A stretch of 64,000 bases of DNA, taken from the NCBI GenBank assembly GCA_963776705.1, contig CAVZOA010000039.1:2058-66057 (forward strand), read 5' to 3'. How positions within the stretch are numbered: the stretch's first letter is position 1; each line of letters begins with the position of its first letter. Positions 49,290-58,937 of this stretch are shown in pieces. The translations under genes and the position numbers were made by a program. This stretch comes from an uncultured Alphaproteobacteria bacterium (GTDB lineage: Bacteria; Pseudomonadota; Alphaproteobacteria; Rhodobacterales; Rhodobacteraceae). The notes under the pieces were generated by a model that was not told the origin of the DNA, did no database searches, and saw only the letters and a program-made list of their open reading frames with translations.

Positions 49290-50003
49290 CTATCGTCCGA
49301 GTGTGGCGAGGACGTTGCTGATGCGCTTGTCCTCCTTTTCGAGAAAGCTCTGGCCGAGCTCGTAGGCCCGCTGCACCTCGATCATGCGGGAGATCTCGCT
49401 GACCGGGTTCACGTTCGAGGCTTCGAGATGGCCCTGGAGGATCGTGGGATCCTCGACGGGCTCGGGCGCGTTCTTCAGGGCGAAGCGGACGCCGCCGCGA
49501 CGCTCGACGTCTTCGGGGGCCTCGGCCCGCCAGAGGCCGAGTTGCGCGATCGGGGTGCCGTCGATGGACATCGTGCCGTCGCGGGCCACCGAGACAGGCG
49601 TGCCGTCGAGCGGGAGCTGGATCGGTGCGCCGCCGGCGTCGAGGACGCGCATGCCATCGTTGGTGACGAGTTCGCCGAGGTCGCTGGAGAGGAAGTTGCC
49701 GGCCCGGGTGAGGGCTTGGCCCTCCGGCGTCTCGACGAGGAAGTAGCCCTCGCCCTCGATGGCGAAGTCGAGCGCGCCGCCGGTTCCTTCGAGGCCGCCC
49801 TGCAGCTCGGACGTGTTGCGGACGCGGCCGGCTGCCATCGACAGCGACGGGCCCTCGTCGACCCGTTCGACGTATTCGGAGAAGATCACCCCTTCCTTGC
49901 GGAACCCGGCCGTGGAGGCGTTCGCCACGTTGTTGGCGATCGCCTGCATCTCGCGGTTCAGCCCGGAGAGCCGGGTGAGGGAGGTGTAGGTCGAATTGTC
50001 CAT
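49290..50003 (-). CDS. flgF: Flagellar rod protein FlgF
   Basis: IANNVANASTAGF, LTRAGNF, LEASNVNPV, MIEVQRAYE. Confidence 0.92.
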   Translation of the reverse strand: MDNSTYTSLTRLSGLNREMQAIANNVANASTAGFRKEGVIFSEYVERVDEGPSLSMAAGRVRNTSELQGGLEGTGGALDFAIEGEGYFLVETPEGQALTRAGNFLSSDLGELVTNDGMRVLDAGGAPIQLPLDGTPVSVARDGTMSIDGTPIAQLGLWRAEAPEDVERRGGVRFALKNAPEPVEDPTILQGHLEASNVNPVSEISRMIEVQRAYELGQSFLEKEDKRISNVLATLGR

Positions 50004-50007
50004 GCAA

Positions 50008-50277
50008 TCAGACTCCGGCGACGAGCGGCACGATCGTGTTCTCGAAGAAGGACAGGAGCGTGCGCGTCATGAATCCCATCGTGATCCAGAAGACGGCGCC
50101 GATGCAGACGAGCTTCGGCACGAAGGTGAGAGTCATCTCCTGCACCGAGGTGAGCGCCTGGAAGAGGCCGACGACGAGCCCGGTGACGAGCGCCACGGCC
50201 AGGATCGGCGTGGAGATCTGGACCGAGATCCAGAGCGCTTCCCTCAGCGTGTCGAAGAAGACCTCTTCTCCGAGCAT
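50008..50277 (-). CDS. fliQ: Flagellar export protein FliQ
   Basis: GLFQALTSVQEMTLTFVPK. Confidence 0.95.
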   Translation of the reverse strand: MLGEEVFFDTLREALWISVQISTPILAVALVTGLVVGLFQALTSVQEMTLTFVPKLVCIGAVFWITMGFMTRTLLSFFENTIVPLVAGV

Positions 50278-50280
50278 CGG

Positions 50281-50559
50281 TCAGACCGGCATCCTGAGAA
50301 TTTCCTGGTAGGCCTCGACGACCTTGTCGCGGACCGTGACGGCGGCATCGACGGCGAACTTTGCCTCGCCGAGCGCCTCGACGAGGGCCTGGGCGCTGGT
50401 TTCGCCGACCATCGCGTTCTGGGCGGTCCTGTCAGCGGTGGCGAGCGTGTCGGCGAAGCTCTGGGCGCTCCTCGAGGCGGCTTCGGCCAGCGGATCGGCT
50501 GCCGTGGCGGGCTTCTGCGCAGCGTAGCTCCGCGCGGCGAAGTTGGCTGAGATGTCCAT
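50281..50559 (-). CDS. fliE: Flagellar hook-basal body protein FliE
   Basis: VTVRDKVVEAYQEILRMPV; RBS AGGAGG. Confidence 0.94.
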   Translation of the reverse strand: MDISANFAARSYAAQKPATAADPLAEAASRSAQSFADTLATADRTAQNAMVGETSAQALVEALGEAKFAVDAAVTVRDKVVEAYQEILRMPV

Positions 50560-50594
50560 TCTGGACCTCCTGTGGAATGTCTTCTAGCTGTCGT

Positions 50595-50972
50595 TCATCG
50601 GCGGAGGAGATCGAGCAGTCCCTGGGCCATCTGCCGGGACTGGTCGAAGAGCTTGAGGTTGGCCTCGTAGCTGCGCTGGGCCTCGCGGGCATCGGCGATC
50701 TCGACTATGAGATCGACGTTGGAGCCCTGATAATTGCCCGATTCGTCGGCCAGCGGGTGACCGGGGTCGTAGATTTGGGGAAGCTCGCTCTGGTCGAGCC
50801 GGACACGACCGGCCTCGACGCCGCCATTCGCGATCTCGTGGAAGGCGACGGTCTTGCGGTGATAGCCCGGCGTGTCGGCGTTGGCGATGTTCTCCGAGAG
50901 GTGGCGCAGCCGCATGGCCTGGGCCTGCATGCCGCTCGCGGAGATTCCGAAGGAGCCGAGGATGTCGGTCAT
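50595..50972 (-). CDS. flgC: Flagellar rod protein FlgC
   Basis: SASGMQAQ, SENIANADT, YDPGHPLAD, AQRSYEANL. Confidence 0.95.
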   Translation of the reverse strand: MTDILGSFGISASGMQAQAMRLRHLSENIANADTPGYHRKTVAFHEIANGGVEAGRVRLDQSELPQIYDPGHPLADESGNYQGSNVDLIVEIADAREAQRSYEANLKLFDQSRQMAQGLLDLLRR

Positions 50973-50980
50973 TTAACGTA

Positions 50981-51358
50981 CTACCTGTTGGTTCCGAGGG
51001 AGGTTCTGAGGATGTCGCGGGCGGCGGAGTAGATCGACATCGCCATGTCGTTCTGCTGCCTGATCTCGGCGGCATGCATCATCTCGGTCTCTAGGGAGAC
51101 GGTGTTGCCGTTGGGCGAGGCTTCCGCGGCGCGCGCGACGGGCCGGAGTGATTCGGAGCGGTCCTGCCAGCCGATATGGCCCGGGCGCGTGGCCCTGAGG
51201 GCGGTGCCACGGTCCAGGGTCTCGGTGAAGGCGGGCATGTCGGTGGCGCGGTAGCCGGGCGTGTCGGCGTTGGCCACGTTGCGGGCCACCTGCGACTGGC
51301 GGGCCGCTGCATGGGCCATGAGGTCGTGCGCCATCGAAGTGATCTTCAGATCCGACAT
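50981..51358 (-). CDS. flgB: Flagellar rod protein FlgB
   Basis: ARNVANADTPGY, PNGNTVSLETEM. Confidence 0.93.
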   Translation of the reverse strand: MSDLKITSMAHDLMAHAAARQSQVARNVANADTPGYRATDMPAFTETLDRGTALRATRPGHIGWQDRSESLRPVARAAEASPNGNTVSLETEMMHAAEIRQQNDMAMSIYSAARDILRTSLGTNR

Positions 51359-51380
51359 TCTGTCCGGGTCCTCGTTCCGT

Positions 51381-51396
51381 TCAAGGAAGGTTTAAC
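51381..51396. promoter_or_regulatory. CtrA-like box (TCAA-N7-TTAAC) in the flgB/fliI divergent promoter
   Basis: TCAAGGAAGGTTTAAC. Confidence 0.6.
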
Positions 51397-51443
51397 CGGG
51401 AGACCTTTAGAAAGGGTTTCGAGAAATCGAGCGGAGCCTGCGC

Positions 51444-52767
51444 ATGTCCCAGATCGGACTGGACCACCTGACATCCCTCGTGCGGTCGACGCCGATCGGC
51501 CGGCCGCTGGGGCGGATCGGTGCGATCACCGGCGGCACGGTCCGGGTGACCGGTCTGAAATCGGCGGCGATCGGTGACCGGGTCCGGCTCGGCCCCGCGA
51601 GCCTCGAGGGCGAGGTGGTTGCCATCGAGGGGTCGGACCGGATCGTCCTGGCCGACGGGGCGGCGACGGGCTTGACGCCGGGCCAGCCGGCCGTCGGGCT
51701 CGGGGCGCTCCGGCTCGCGCCGGACGACAGCTGGATCGGCCGCCTGGTGGACCCCGCCGGCGCCCCGCTCGACGGCCGTCCACTCCTGCCCGGCAAGGCG
51801 CCGCGGCCGCTCTTCGCCGCAGCGCCCGACGCGGCGACGCGCAAGCCCCTCGGGGCCCGGCTCGAGACGGGGCTCAGGGCCTTTAACACGATGCTGCCCA
51901 TCGTGCGCGGACAGCGGCTGGGGCTCTTCGCCGGATCCGGCGTCGGCAAGTCGACGCTCCTCGCCGCGCTCGCCCGGCGGGTCGAGGCGGACGTGGTGGT
52001 GCTGGCGCTGATCGGCGAACGGGGCCGCGAGATCCGCGAATTCGTCGAGAAGGTGCTGGGGTCGGAGGGCATGGCGCGGACCGTCGTCGTCGGCGCCGCG
52101 GCCGACCGGCCGGCGGCGATCCGCGCCCGCTGCCTTCCCGCGGCACTCGCTGTCGCCGAGCATTTCCGCGACCGGGGCAAACATGTCCTGCTCCTGGGCG
52201 ATTCGGTGACTAGGCACGCGGAGGCGCAGCGCCAGGTCGCCGCCGCCCGTGGCGAGGCGCCGGTCCTCGGCGGCTATCCCGCCTCGATGCCGCCCGAGAT
52301 CATGGGGCTCTGCGAGCGCGCGGGGCCGGGCCCGGACGGATCGGGCGACATCACCGCGCTTTTCACCGTGCTGGTGGCGGGCGGGGACATGGACGGGCCG
52401 GTGGCCGACGTGCTGCGCGGCGTGCTCGACGGGCACGTCGTGCTGAGCCGGGAGATCGCCGAGCGCGGCCGGTTCCCGGCGATCGACCTCTCGCGCTCGG
52501 TCTCGCGGTCCGCTGCCCGAGGCGGCGAGCGACCACGAGAACACGCTGATCTCGGAGGCGCGGCGCCTGATCGGGGCCTATGAACGTTCGGAGATGATGA
52601 TCCGCGCCGGTCTCTATGCCTCTGGCAGCGACCGGACCCTCGACATGGCGATCCTCGCTTGGCCGAAGCTCGACCAGTTCCTCGCGCAGTCGGAGACCAA
52701 GGGGGTGCGGGACAGCTTCGTGGCGCTGGCGCATTGCCTGTCGAAGCGGGCCGAGGCGGCGGGCTAG
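51444..52767 (+). CDS. fliI: Flagellar export ATPase FliI (frameshift near 52511)
   Basis: GQRLGLFAGSGVGKS, IGERGRE, LDGHVVLSR, FPAID..SVSR; C-terminus continues in another frame (MIRAGLY...). Confidence 0.92.
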
Positions 52768-52783
52768 GCCGCCGCGCCCCGGC

Positions 52784-53585
52784 TCAGTAGCCGGGATTGA
52801 GCAGGGCGAGCGCGATCGAGGCGGAGCTGTAGCTCGCGGCCGTCATCGAATTCGAGCTGCGAGCGGACGAGGAAGTCGCGCACGACCTTCTCCTGCATCT
52901 CCGGCTTGGCGATTTCGGAGACGTCGGAGGTGCCGAAGACCCGCTCGGCGCGGTCGCGGAAATCGTCGAGCTGGCGGTCGAGATCGAGCTGGCCGATCGA
53001 GGAGGGCAGACCGAGAGCGGTCTCCATCACCTTGCGGAGCGGCGGATCCCCCATGATCGTGAACCACTTGGCCTTGTCGCTCATGTCGCGGGAGGCGATC
53101 TCGGACAGGTCGCGGTCGAAGGCCAGCGCAAGGCGCATGTCGCTGTCGACCTCGCCCGCGGCGATCTCGAACTGGCGGTCGGCATAGCGGGAGACGATCT
53201 TCTCGGGAAAGTTGGTGAGGGTCGTCTTCGGGCCGAACGGATTGCCGAAGCCGAAGGCGTCTGAGAGCGCCTTGTAGCGCTTGTCGCTGTAGCGTGCAGC
53301 GAGGGAGTTCTTGTCGGTGGGGTCGGATTCCAGAATCTTCTGGACCAGGTACTTGTTGTTGACATCGTCGCCGAGACCGAAGGCCCCAAGCGCGACCTCG
53401 AGGAGCTGGCGGTCGTTCACCAGCTCCTCGGCGGTCTTGACCGAGCCGATGCGTTCCCGGAAGGCGGCGATGTTGCGCTTGATCTGGGGCGTTTGCTCCA
53501 TGACCTTCTGCTGGTCGTCGCGGGTCCGCTTGAGAAACGCGAACCCGCCGAGGCCGCCCATCGGGATGACCGGCAGGAAGGTCAT
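52784..53585 (-). CDS. DUF1217 family flagellar-cluster protein (frameshift near 52852)
   Basis: MTFLPVIPMGGLGGFAFLKRT, VALGAFGL, WFTIMG..PLRKV.ETALGLP. Confidence 0.85.
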
Positions 53586-53986
53586 GCCCTTGCCATCCCC
53601 AGAAGGGCCTCCTCGGTGTCGAGGAGGCGGCGAAGGAATTTCAGCACGTAGTAGGGGCGGCGCTGCTCAACCGCCTCACGGGCGGCCGACAGGACGGCGT
53701 GGCTCTCGGGATCCCGGAGGATGGTCGAGAGCTCCTCGATCCCTTCGATGAGCGCCGGTCCCACCGCCTCGATCGTCGCGTCGCCCGAGAGAGTGAGCTG
53801 GGCCTGGTAGCAGAGGCGGCGGATCGGCGTGTTGGTCTCCTCTGGATGGATGGCGTCCCGAAGACGCAGGATGTCGGCGCCGGGGGTGAGGATGTTGAGG
53901 CGAGTGCGCCGGTTGCCGTTCTCGATCACGGCGCCGTTGATCAGGATCCTCTCGTTGGCGCCGAGTTTCAAGACCAGGCCGCTCAT
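53582..53986 (-). CDS. flbT: Flagellin regulator FlbT
   Basis: MSGLVLKLGANERILINGAVIENG, ILRLRDAIHPEE, NTP. Confidence 0.93.
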   Translation of the reverse strand: MSGLVLKLGANERILINGAVIENGNRRTRLNILTPGADILRLRDAIHPEETNTPIRRLCYQAQLTLSGDATIEAVGPALIEGIEELSTILRDPESHAVLSAAREAVEQRRPYYVLKFLRRLLDTEEALLGMARA

Positions 53987-54345
53987 GTCGGGGCCCTCTG
54001 CTGACGGAGGCCGGCCATGATCGCGGTGTTGATCTCGATGAGCGCGTCGGCTTCGGCCTCGCCGCGCAGCACCTTGCTGGTATGGGCCTGGGTGAATTCG
54101 GCGAGATAGAAGATCCGGGCGCGCAGGTCCGTCGGCAACTGGTTTCCTTCGCCGGCGACATCGGCGGCGAGGAGGGTCCAGAGGCGCCGGTTCCGGTCGA
54201 GGGCCTCGGCTTTGTCGGGGAACTCCGTGGCGGCCTTCAGCGCGGCGGTGATCCGGGAGAAGACGTCGTATTCGGTGGATCGCGCGGTCTGCACGACGCG
54301 CGAGGAGGAACCGTAGGCGGAGCGGGCGAGAGTCGTGGCGTTCAC
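53983..54345 (-). CDS. flaF: Flagellar regulator FlaF
   Basis: NRRLWTLLAADVA...NQLP..LRARIFYLAEF, LIEINTAIMAGL. Confidence 0.93.
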   Translation of the reverse strand: MNATTLARSAYGSSSRVVQTARSTEYDVFSRITAALKAATEFPDKAEALDRNRRLWTLLAADVAGEGNQLPTDLRARIFYLAEFTQAHTSKVLRGEAEADALIEINTAIMAGLRQQRAPT

Positions 54346-54399
54346 GTCGAGTCCTTTTCGAGACACGTGTGGGAAAATGCCTGCCTAGCGCGCAGGAAA

Positions 54400-54424
54400 C
54401 GGGGGCGCCGTTCGGGCGCCCCCG
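54400..54424 (-). terminator. Hairpin terminator after flagellin
   Basis: CGGGGGCGCC-GTTCG-GGCGCCCCCG, a 10-bp stem followed by TTT on the minus strand. Confidence 0.7.
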
Positions 54425-54434
54425 GTACTCGTTA

Positions 54435-55286
54435 TCAGCGGAACAGCGACAGGATCGACTGCGGCGCCTGGTTGGCGATCGACAGCGACTGGGTGCCGAG
54501 CTGCTGCTGGGTCTGGAGCGCCTGGAGCCGGGCCGAGGCTTCCTCCATGTTGGCGTCGACGAGGCTGCCGATGCCGGACTTGAGGGCGTCGGACATCTTG
54601 TCCACGTATTCGCGCTGGCCCTCGATGTTCTTCGCCACCGAACCGAGGGCAGCGGCCGCCTTGATCGCGGTGTCGATTAGACCTTCGATCTCGCCGAGAG
54701 CGGTCTCGGCGGAGGCGACGCCGGTGATCTCGGTCGTCGTGCTGTTGGTCGAGTGCATTGACGCTTCGAGATCAGCGGTGTTGATCGTGATCGTGTTCGC
54801 GGTGGTCGTGAAGGTGCCGTTCGTCCGATCGAGCGAGGCCAGGGCCTGGAACTGCGTCATGCCGTTGCCGTCGACATCGGTCTTCAGCAGGTTGATGCCG
54901 TTCATCTGGGAGCCCTCGATGACCGAGTCGATCTCCGCCTGCTTCTTCTCGATCTGGTCCTGGATCTTGGCGAAGTCGGTCCCGTCGGTCATGGCGCCGG
55001 CGGCGAGTTCCTTCATGTCGTTCAGGAGGTCGGTGACGCGCTCGGCACCGGCCATGGCGACGCCGACCGTCGCTTCGGCGACGCCGAGGCTGTCGCTGAT
55101 CGTCTTGAAGGACGACACGTCGGTTTCCATCGTCTTCGAGATCGCCCAGATCGCGGCGTTGTCCTTGGCGGTCGCCACCTTCTTGCCGGTGGAAATCTGG
55201 CTCTGGGTCTCGGCCAGGTTGGCGTTGGTCATGCGCAGGGATTGCAGCGCCACCATGGCGCCGTTGTTGGTCAGAATGCTGGACAT
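54435..55286 (-). CDS. fliC: Flagellin
   Basis: MSSILTNNGAMVALQSL, ISTGKKVATAKDNAA, LVDANMEEASARLQALQTQQQL...ILSLFR. Confidence 0.96.
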   Translation of the reverse strand: MSSILTNNGAMVALQSLRMTNANLAETQSQISTGKKVATAKDNAAIWAISKTMETDVSSFKTISDSLGVAEATVGVAMAGAERVTDLLNDMKELAAGAMTDGTDFAKIQDQIEKKQAEIDSVIEGSQMNGINLLKTDVDGNGMTQFQALASLDRTNGTFTTTANTITINTADLEASMHSTNSTTTEITGVASAETALGEIEGLIDTAIKAAAALGSVAKNIEGQREYVDKMSDALKSGIGSLVDANMEEASARLQALQTQQQLGTQSLSIANQAPQSILSLFR

Positions 55287-55436
55287 TGGTAGTATCCTCG
55301 TGGCTTGGGCGTTGTTCCGCCCAAAGATCGACCGCTCTGTCCGCGGTCAGGTCCGAGGCCGTTCTGGCCGGGGAGCGGGGAGGGGCGGTTGGTCGCCCTT
55401 GTTCCCGTCCGATGCGGGCAATCTGGCCGCAAACAG

Positions 55437-55452
55437 CTAATCAATGGCTAAC
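55437..55452. promoter_or_regulatory. CtrA-like box upstream of flagellin
   Basis: CTAATCAATGGCTAAC (GTTAG-N7-TTAG on the minus strand). Confidence 0.5.
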
Positions 55453-55503
55453 GCGCGGCGGGAAAGCCTTCATTCTGCACGGGTAACTCGGAAGATTTGA
55501 TGC

Positions 55504-56640
55504 TAAAGCGGTTTGCTTTTAATACGACGCGTATCCCGCTGCTCTGAAGAAGCTCCAGCACTCCTCGGGCTCGAAGAGATCGCAGATGTCGCCGAGCGCC
55601 CGGATGAGCGTATCGTAGGTCCGCGCGCCGATGCGGCGGAGGTGGGCTTTCAGCTTGGAGAAGGCCATCTCGATCGGGTTCAGATCGGGTGAGTAGGCCG
55701 GCAGGTTTGAGGGATCGAAAGGCGTCCAGTGGACGTCTTTCCCCGAGAACGGAACCAGCAGCCATGGACGTTCAGGATCTCGGCGGCCTTCGGGCTCCTG
55801 TGGGTCGAGAGGTTGTCGAGGATGACGACGGTGCCTGGCGACAGGGCCGGTGCGAGCTGGGTCTCGACGTAGAGGTCGAAAGCGGCCCGGTCCATCGCGC
55901 CCTCGATCACCCAGGGCGCAATCAACGCGTCGCAGGTAAGCCCGGCGATGAATGTCTGCGTCTTCCAGCGACCGAACGGGGTCGTGCCGAAAAGACGTTC
56001 GCCGACGGCACTCCTGCCCCGCAAGCGGGTCATGTTCGCCTTCACCGACGTTTCATCGAGGAAGACCAGCCGATGCACCCTGTCCCGCATGAAGGGCTGC
56101 CGGCGGACGGTCCAGTCATGCCGGGCCAGCCTGATATCCGCCCGGTCGCGTTCCTGAGCGATCAGGCCTTTTTTTATATGAGAACCCCGCCCTGATCAGG
56201 GCCCGGTGGATCGACGAGAGCTGCACCGACACGCCATGCGTCTCCTCCAGCGGTCGCCCTTCGCGGCGCCATCGGTTCAAGCCCGATGGGCGACGCCAAT
56301 TCCTTCAGGGTGATGTCCGGCTCCGCACGGACGATCTCGATCAAGAACGCCATGTGCGGCGCAAGCTTGCCGGCGGTCCCCGCTGCGCGGCCCTGCCGCT
56401 TCGGCGTTATCACACCCCGGTCGCGATGAGCGGCCGCCAACCGGATCGCCGTGCTGGCACTCACACCGAAGACTTGCGCAGCTGCCCGTCGCGAATGACC
56501 CGCGGCGATGTAGCGCCAGATCCGTTCGCGAAGGTCCATCGAGTAGGGTTTGCCCATCCATCCACCTCCTTCCGGAAGTGAATCAGACCGATGATCTCAG
56601 GGGAATCCCCAACGATTCAGATCAGAGGCAAACCGCTTTA
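55504..56640 (-). mobile_element. IS630-family insertion sequence with TA target duplication
   Basis: TAAAGCGGTTTGC (55504-55516) and GCAAACCGCTTTA (56628-56640) are perfect inverted repeats including the flanking TA. Confidence 0.92.
55519..56557 (-). pseudogene. IS630 transposase, disrupted by two short palindromic insertions; A7G frameshift site at 56168-56175
   Basis: [44 protein letters not shown] motifs; frame broken near 56253-56294 and 55706-55751. Confidence 0.88.
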
Positions 56641-57270
56641 ATTGCCGAACTGGACGATCCGGCCGCCGGCGGCCTCGGCATCTGCCGGGTCGTGGGTCAC
56701 GAGGACGATCGGCAGGCCGCGCAGGCGTGCCGTGCGAAACGTCATCTCGCGGGTCCGGTCGCGCAGGGCCACGTCGAGGCCCGAGAACGGCTCGTCGAGG
56801 AGCAGCGCGCTCGGATCGGCCAGGAGCGTGCGCATCAGCGCGACGCGGGCGCGCTGTCCGCCCGAGAGGGTGGCCGGGTCGCGCGGGCCGAACCCGTCGA
56901 GGCCGACCTCGGCGAGGGCCGCGGCGATGCGCTGCCGCCGTGCGGCTCGCGGACCCGGCAGCAGACCGAAGCCGAGATTGCCTGCGACCGAGAGATGGGG
57001 AAAGAGCAGGTCATCCTGGAAGAGGATGCCGAGATTGCGGGCATGGGGGGGAAGGTCCGTCAGATCCCGCCCGCCGAGACGCAGCCGCCCCGTGGCGGCA
57101 AAGGCGGGGGGGAGGGTGCCAGTCAGGAAGGCGAGCAGCGTCGACTTGCCGCTGCCCGACGGGCCCATGATCGCGAGCACCTCACCCGGCGGCACCTCGG
57201 CATCGACCGCGAGAAGGAGCGTGCCGCCGAGGCGGATGGCGATCCGGTCGAGATGGAGCGTGCCGGTCAC
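56638..57270 (-). CDS. ABC transporter ATP-binding protein (YnjD/ThiQ-like)
   Basis: GPSGSGKS, LFQDDLLFPHL, LSGGQRAR, LLDEPF, VTHD. Confidence 0.9.
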   Translation of the reverse strand: MTGTLHLDRIAIRLGGTLLLAVDAEVPPGEVLAIMGPSGSGKSTLLAFLTGTLPPAFAATGRLRLGGRDLTDLPPHARNLGILFQDDLLFPHLSVAGNLGFGLLPGPRAARRQRIAAALAEVGLDGFGPRDPATLSGGQRARVALMRTLLADPSALLLDEPFSGLDVALRDRTREMTFRTARLRGLPIVLVTHDPADAEAAGGRIVQFGN

Positions 57271-58937
57271 GCCAGCCCCCGCCGGTTGCGGTAGACGAGC
57301 GCGGGCAGGGCGAGCGCGAGCGCGAAGGGCAGGAGCGCGGCGGCGGTCTGGGCGAGGGCGAAGACGCCGATGGCGCGCCGGTCGCCGCCCGAGGCGAGAG
57401 CGACGGCCTCGGTGGTGAACGTGGAGACCCGCCCGCCGCCGATGAGGAGGGTCGGCAGGTACTGCCCGACGCTCACCGCGAGGCCCACCGCCGCCGACGT
57501 CAGCACGGGCCGCAGCAGCATCGGCAGCCGCACGGCCCAGAGCCTGCGGCCGGCGCCGGCCCCAAGGGCCGCGGCGGCTGTCGCGTAGCGGGGGTCCCAG
57601 GCGCGCCAGGGACCGCCGAGGGAGAGGAAGACATAGGGCAGCACGAAGACGAGATGGGCGGCGACCACGGGCGCCGTACCAATATCGGCGCCGATGGACA
57701 GGAGGAAGGATTGCAGGCCCGGCAGGAACGCGGTCTGCGGCACGAGGAGCGGTGTGTAGAGCAGCCAGGTCGCGGCTGGGGTCATGCCGCGGCCGCGTCG
57801 GTGCTCCGCCTCGAGGCATCCGATGGTGAGCGCGAGGGCGAGAGCGGTGGCGATCCCGGCGACCAGGAACGTGTCCGCCGCGCTCGCCCCGAGGCCCGGG
57901 AGATGGCGCGCCCAGCTCCGCCAGGTGAGGCTCTCGGGGGCGAGTTCGGGGAAGCGCCAGAGGCCCGCAACCGACCAGAGCGCGAGCCCGGCGAGCCCGG
58001 CGAGGATCGCGAGGCTGGACGCCGACCCGAGCGCGAGACCGAGCGACCAGAGCGTCGGGTCGAAGGCACGGCGGCCCCCGCCCTCCGCCCAGCGGCGGCC
58101 GAGACGCGCCACCGCCCATTCACCCCCTCGCCAGAGACCGAGCGCGGCGAGGACGAGGGCGAACTGCCAGAGCGCGCCGGCTGCCGCGAGGCGGCGCATG
58201 GAGAGGTCCGGCGATCCCATCCACTCGACGATCTGCACCGAGAGAGTCGGCGGCGTGGTCGGCCCGAGGATGATCGCCACATCCACCACCGACATGGAAT
58301 AGGCCAGCACCACGTAGACCGGCAGGCGGATCTGCGCGTAGACGCGCGGGAAGACCGCCTTCAGCCACCCCGCCACGCGCCGGTAGCCGAGGGAGCGGGC
58401 GACGAGCATGGAGCGCCGCGCCTCCGCCTGTCCGAGCGCGGCCAGCGTCATCAGTAGGAGGAACGGCGTCTCCTTCGCTACCAGCCCCGCCGTCATCGAC
58501 AGGCCGAGCGGGTCCCCGATGATCAGCGTGTCCGGCGGGCTCGGCCAGCCGAGGGGTAGCGCCAGAAGGCGACCGATCCAGCCCGAGGGCGCGATGAGGA
58601 AGGCGAGGCCGAACGCGGCGGCGGCGTGCGGCACTGACAGCAGCGGAGAGAGCAGGCGCTGGAGCCAGCCGAAGGTGCGCGTCCCCGCCCAGCCCGCGAC
58701 GACCAGGACGACGATGGCGAGCGATAGGGCGGTGGCGAGAAGGCCCGTGGTCACCGACAGGCGCGAGGCGGCGGCGATTCCGGGCCAGTCGAGGAGCCGG
58801 CGGAAGGCTACGAGGGACGGCCCCTCGAACCCCGCCGCGGGCAGGTGGCCGAAGGCAGGGCCTATCGCCCCCCAGAGCCCGGCCGCGACGGGCCCGAGAA
58901 GGGCGAGCAGGGTCAGAGGCGGCAGGAGCCGGATCAC
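57267..58937 (-). CDS. ABC transporter permease with two domains (YnjC-like)
   Basis: LLSVPHAAAAFG, KETPFLLLM, AYSMSVVD, HLVFVLPY, SVGQYLPTLLIGGGR. Confidence 0.85.
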   Translation of the reverse strand: MIRLLPPLTLLALLGPVAAGLWGAIGPAFGHLPAAGFEGPSLVAFRRLLDWPGIAAASRLSVTTGLLATALSLAIVVLVVAGWAGTRTFGWLQRLLSPLLSVPHAAAAFGLAFLIAPSGWIGRLLALPLGWPSPPDTLIIGDPLGLSMTAGLVAKETPFLLLMTLAALGQAEARRSMLVARSLGYRRVAGWLKAVFPRVYAQIRLPVYVVLAYSMSVVDVAIILGPTTPPTLSVQIVEWMGSPDLSMRRLAAAGALWQFALVLAALGLWRGGEWAVARLGRRWAEGGGRRAFDPTLWSLGLALGSASSLAILAGLAGLALWSVAGLWRFPELAPESLTWRSWARHLPGLGASAADTFLVAGIATALALALTIGCLEAEHRRGRGMTPAATWLLYTPLLVPQTAFLPGLQSFLLSIGADIGTAPVVAAHLVFVLPYVFLSLGGPWRAWDPRYATAAAALGAGAGRRLWAVRLPMLLRPVLTSAAVGLAVSVGQYLPTLLIGGGRVSTFTTEAVALASGGDRRAIGVFALAQTAAALLPFALALALPALVYRNRRGLA

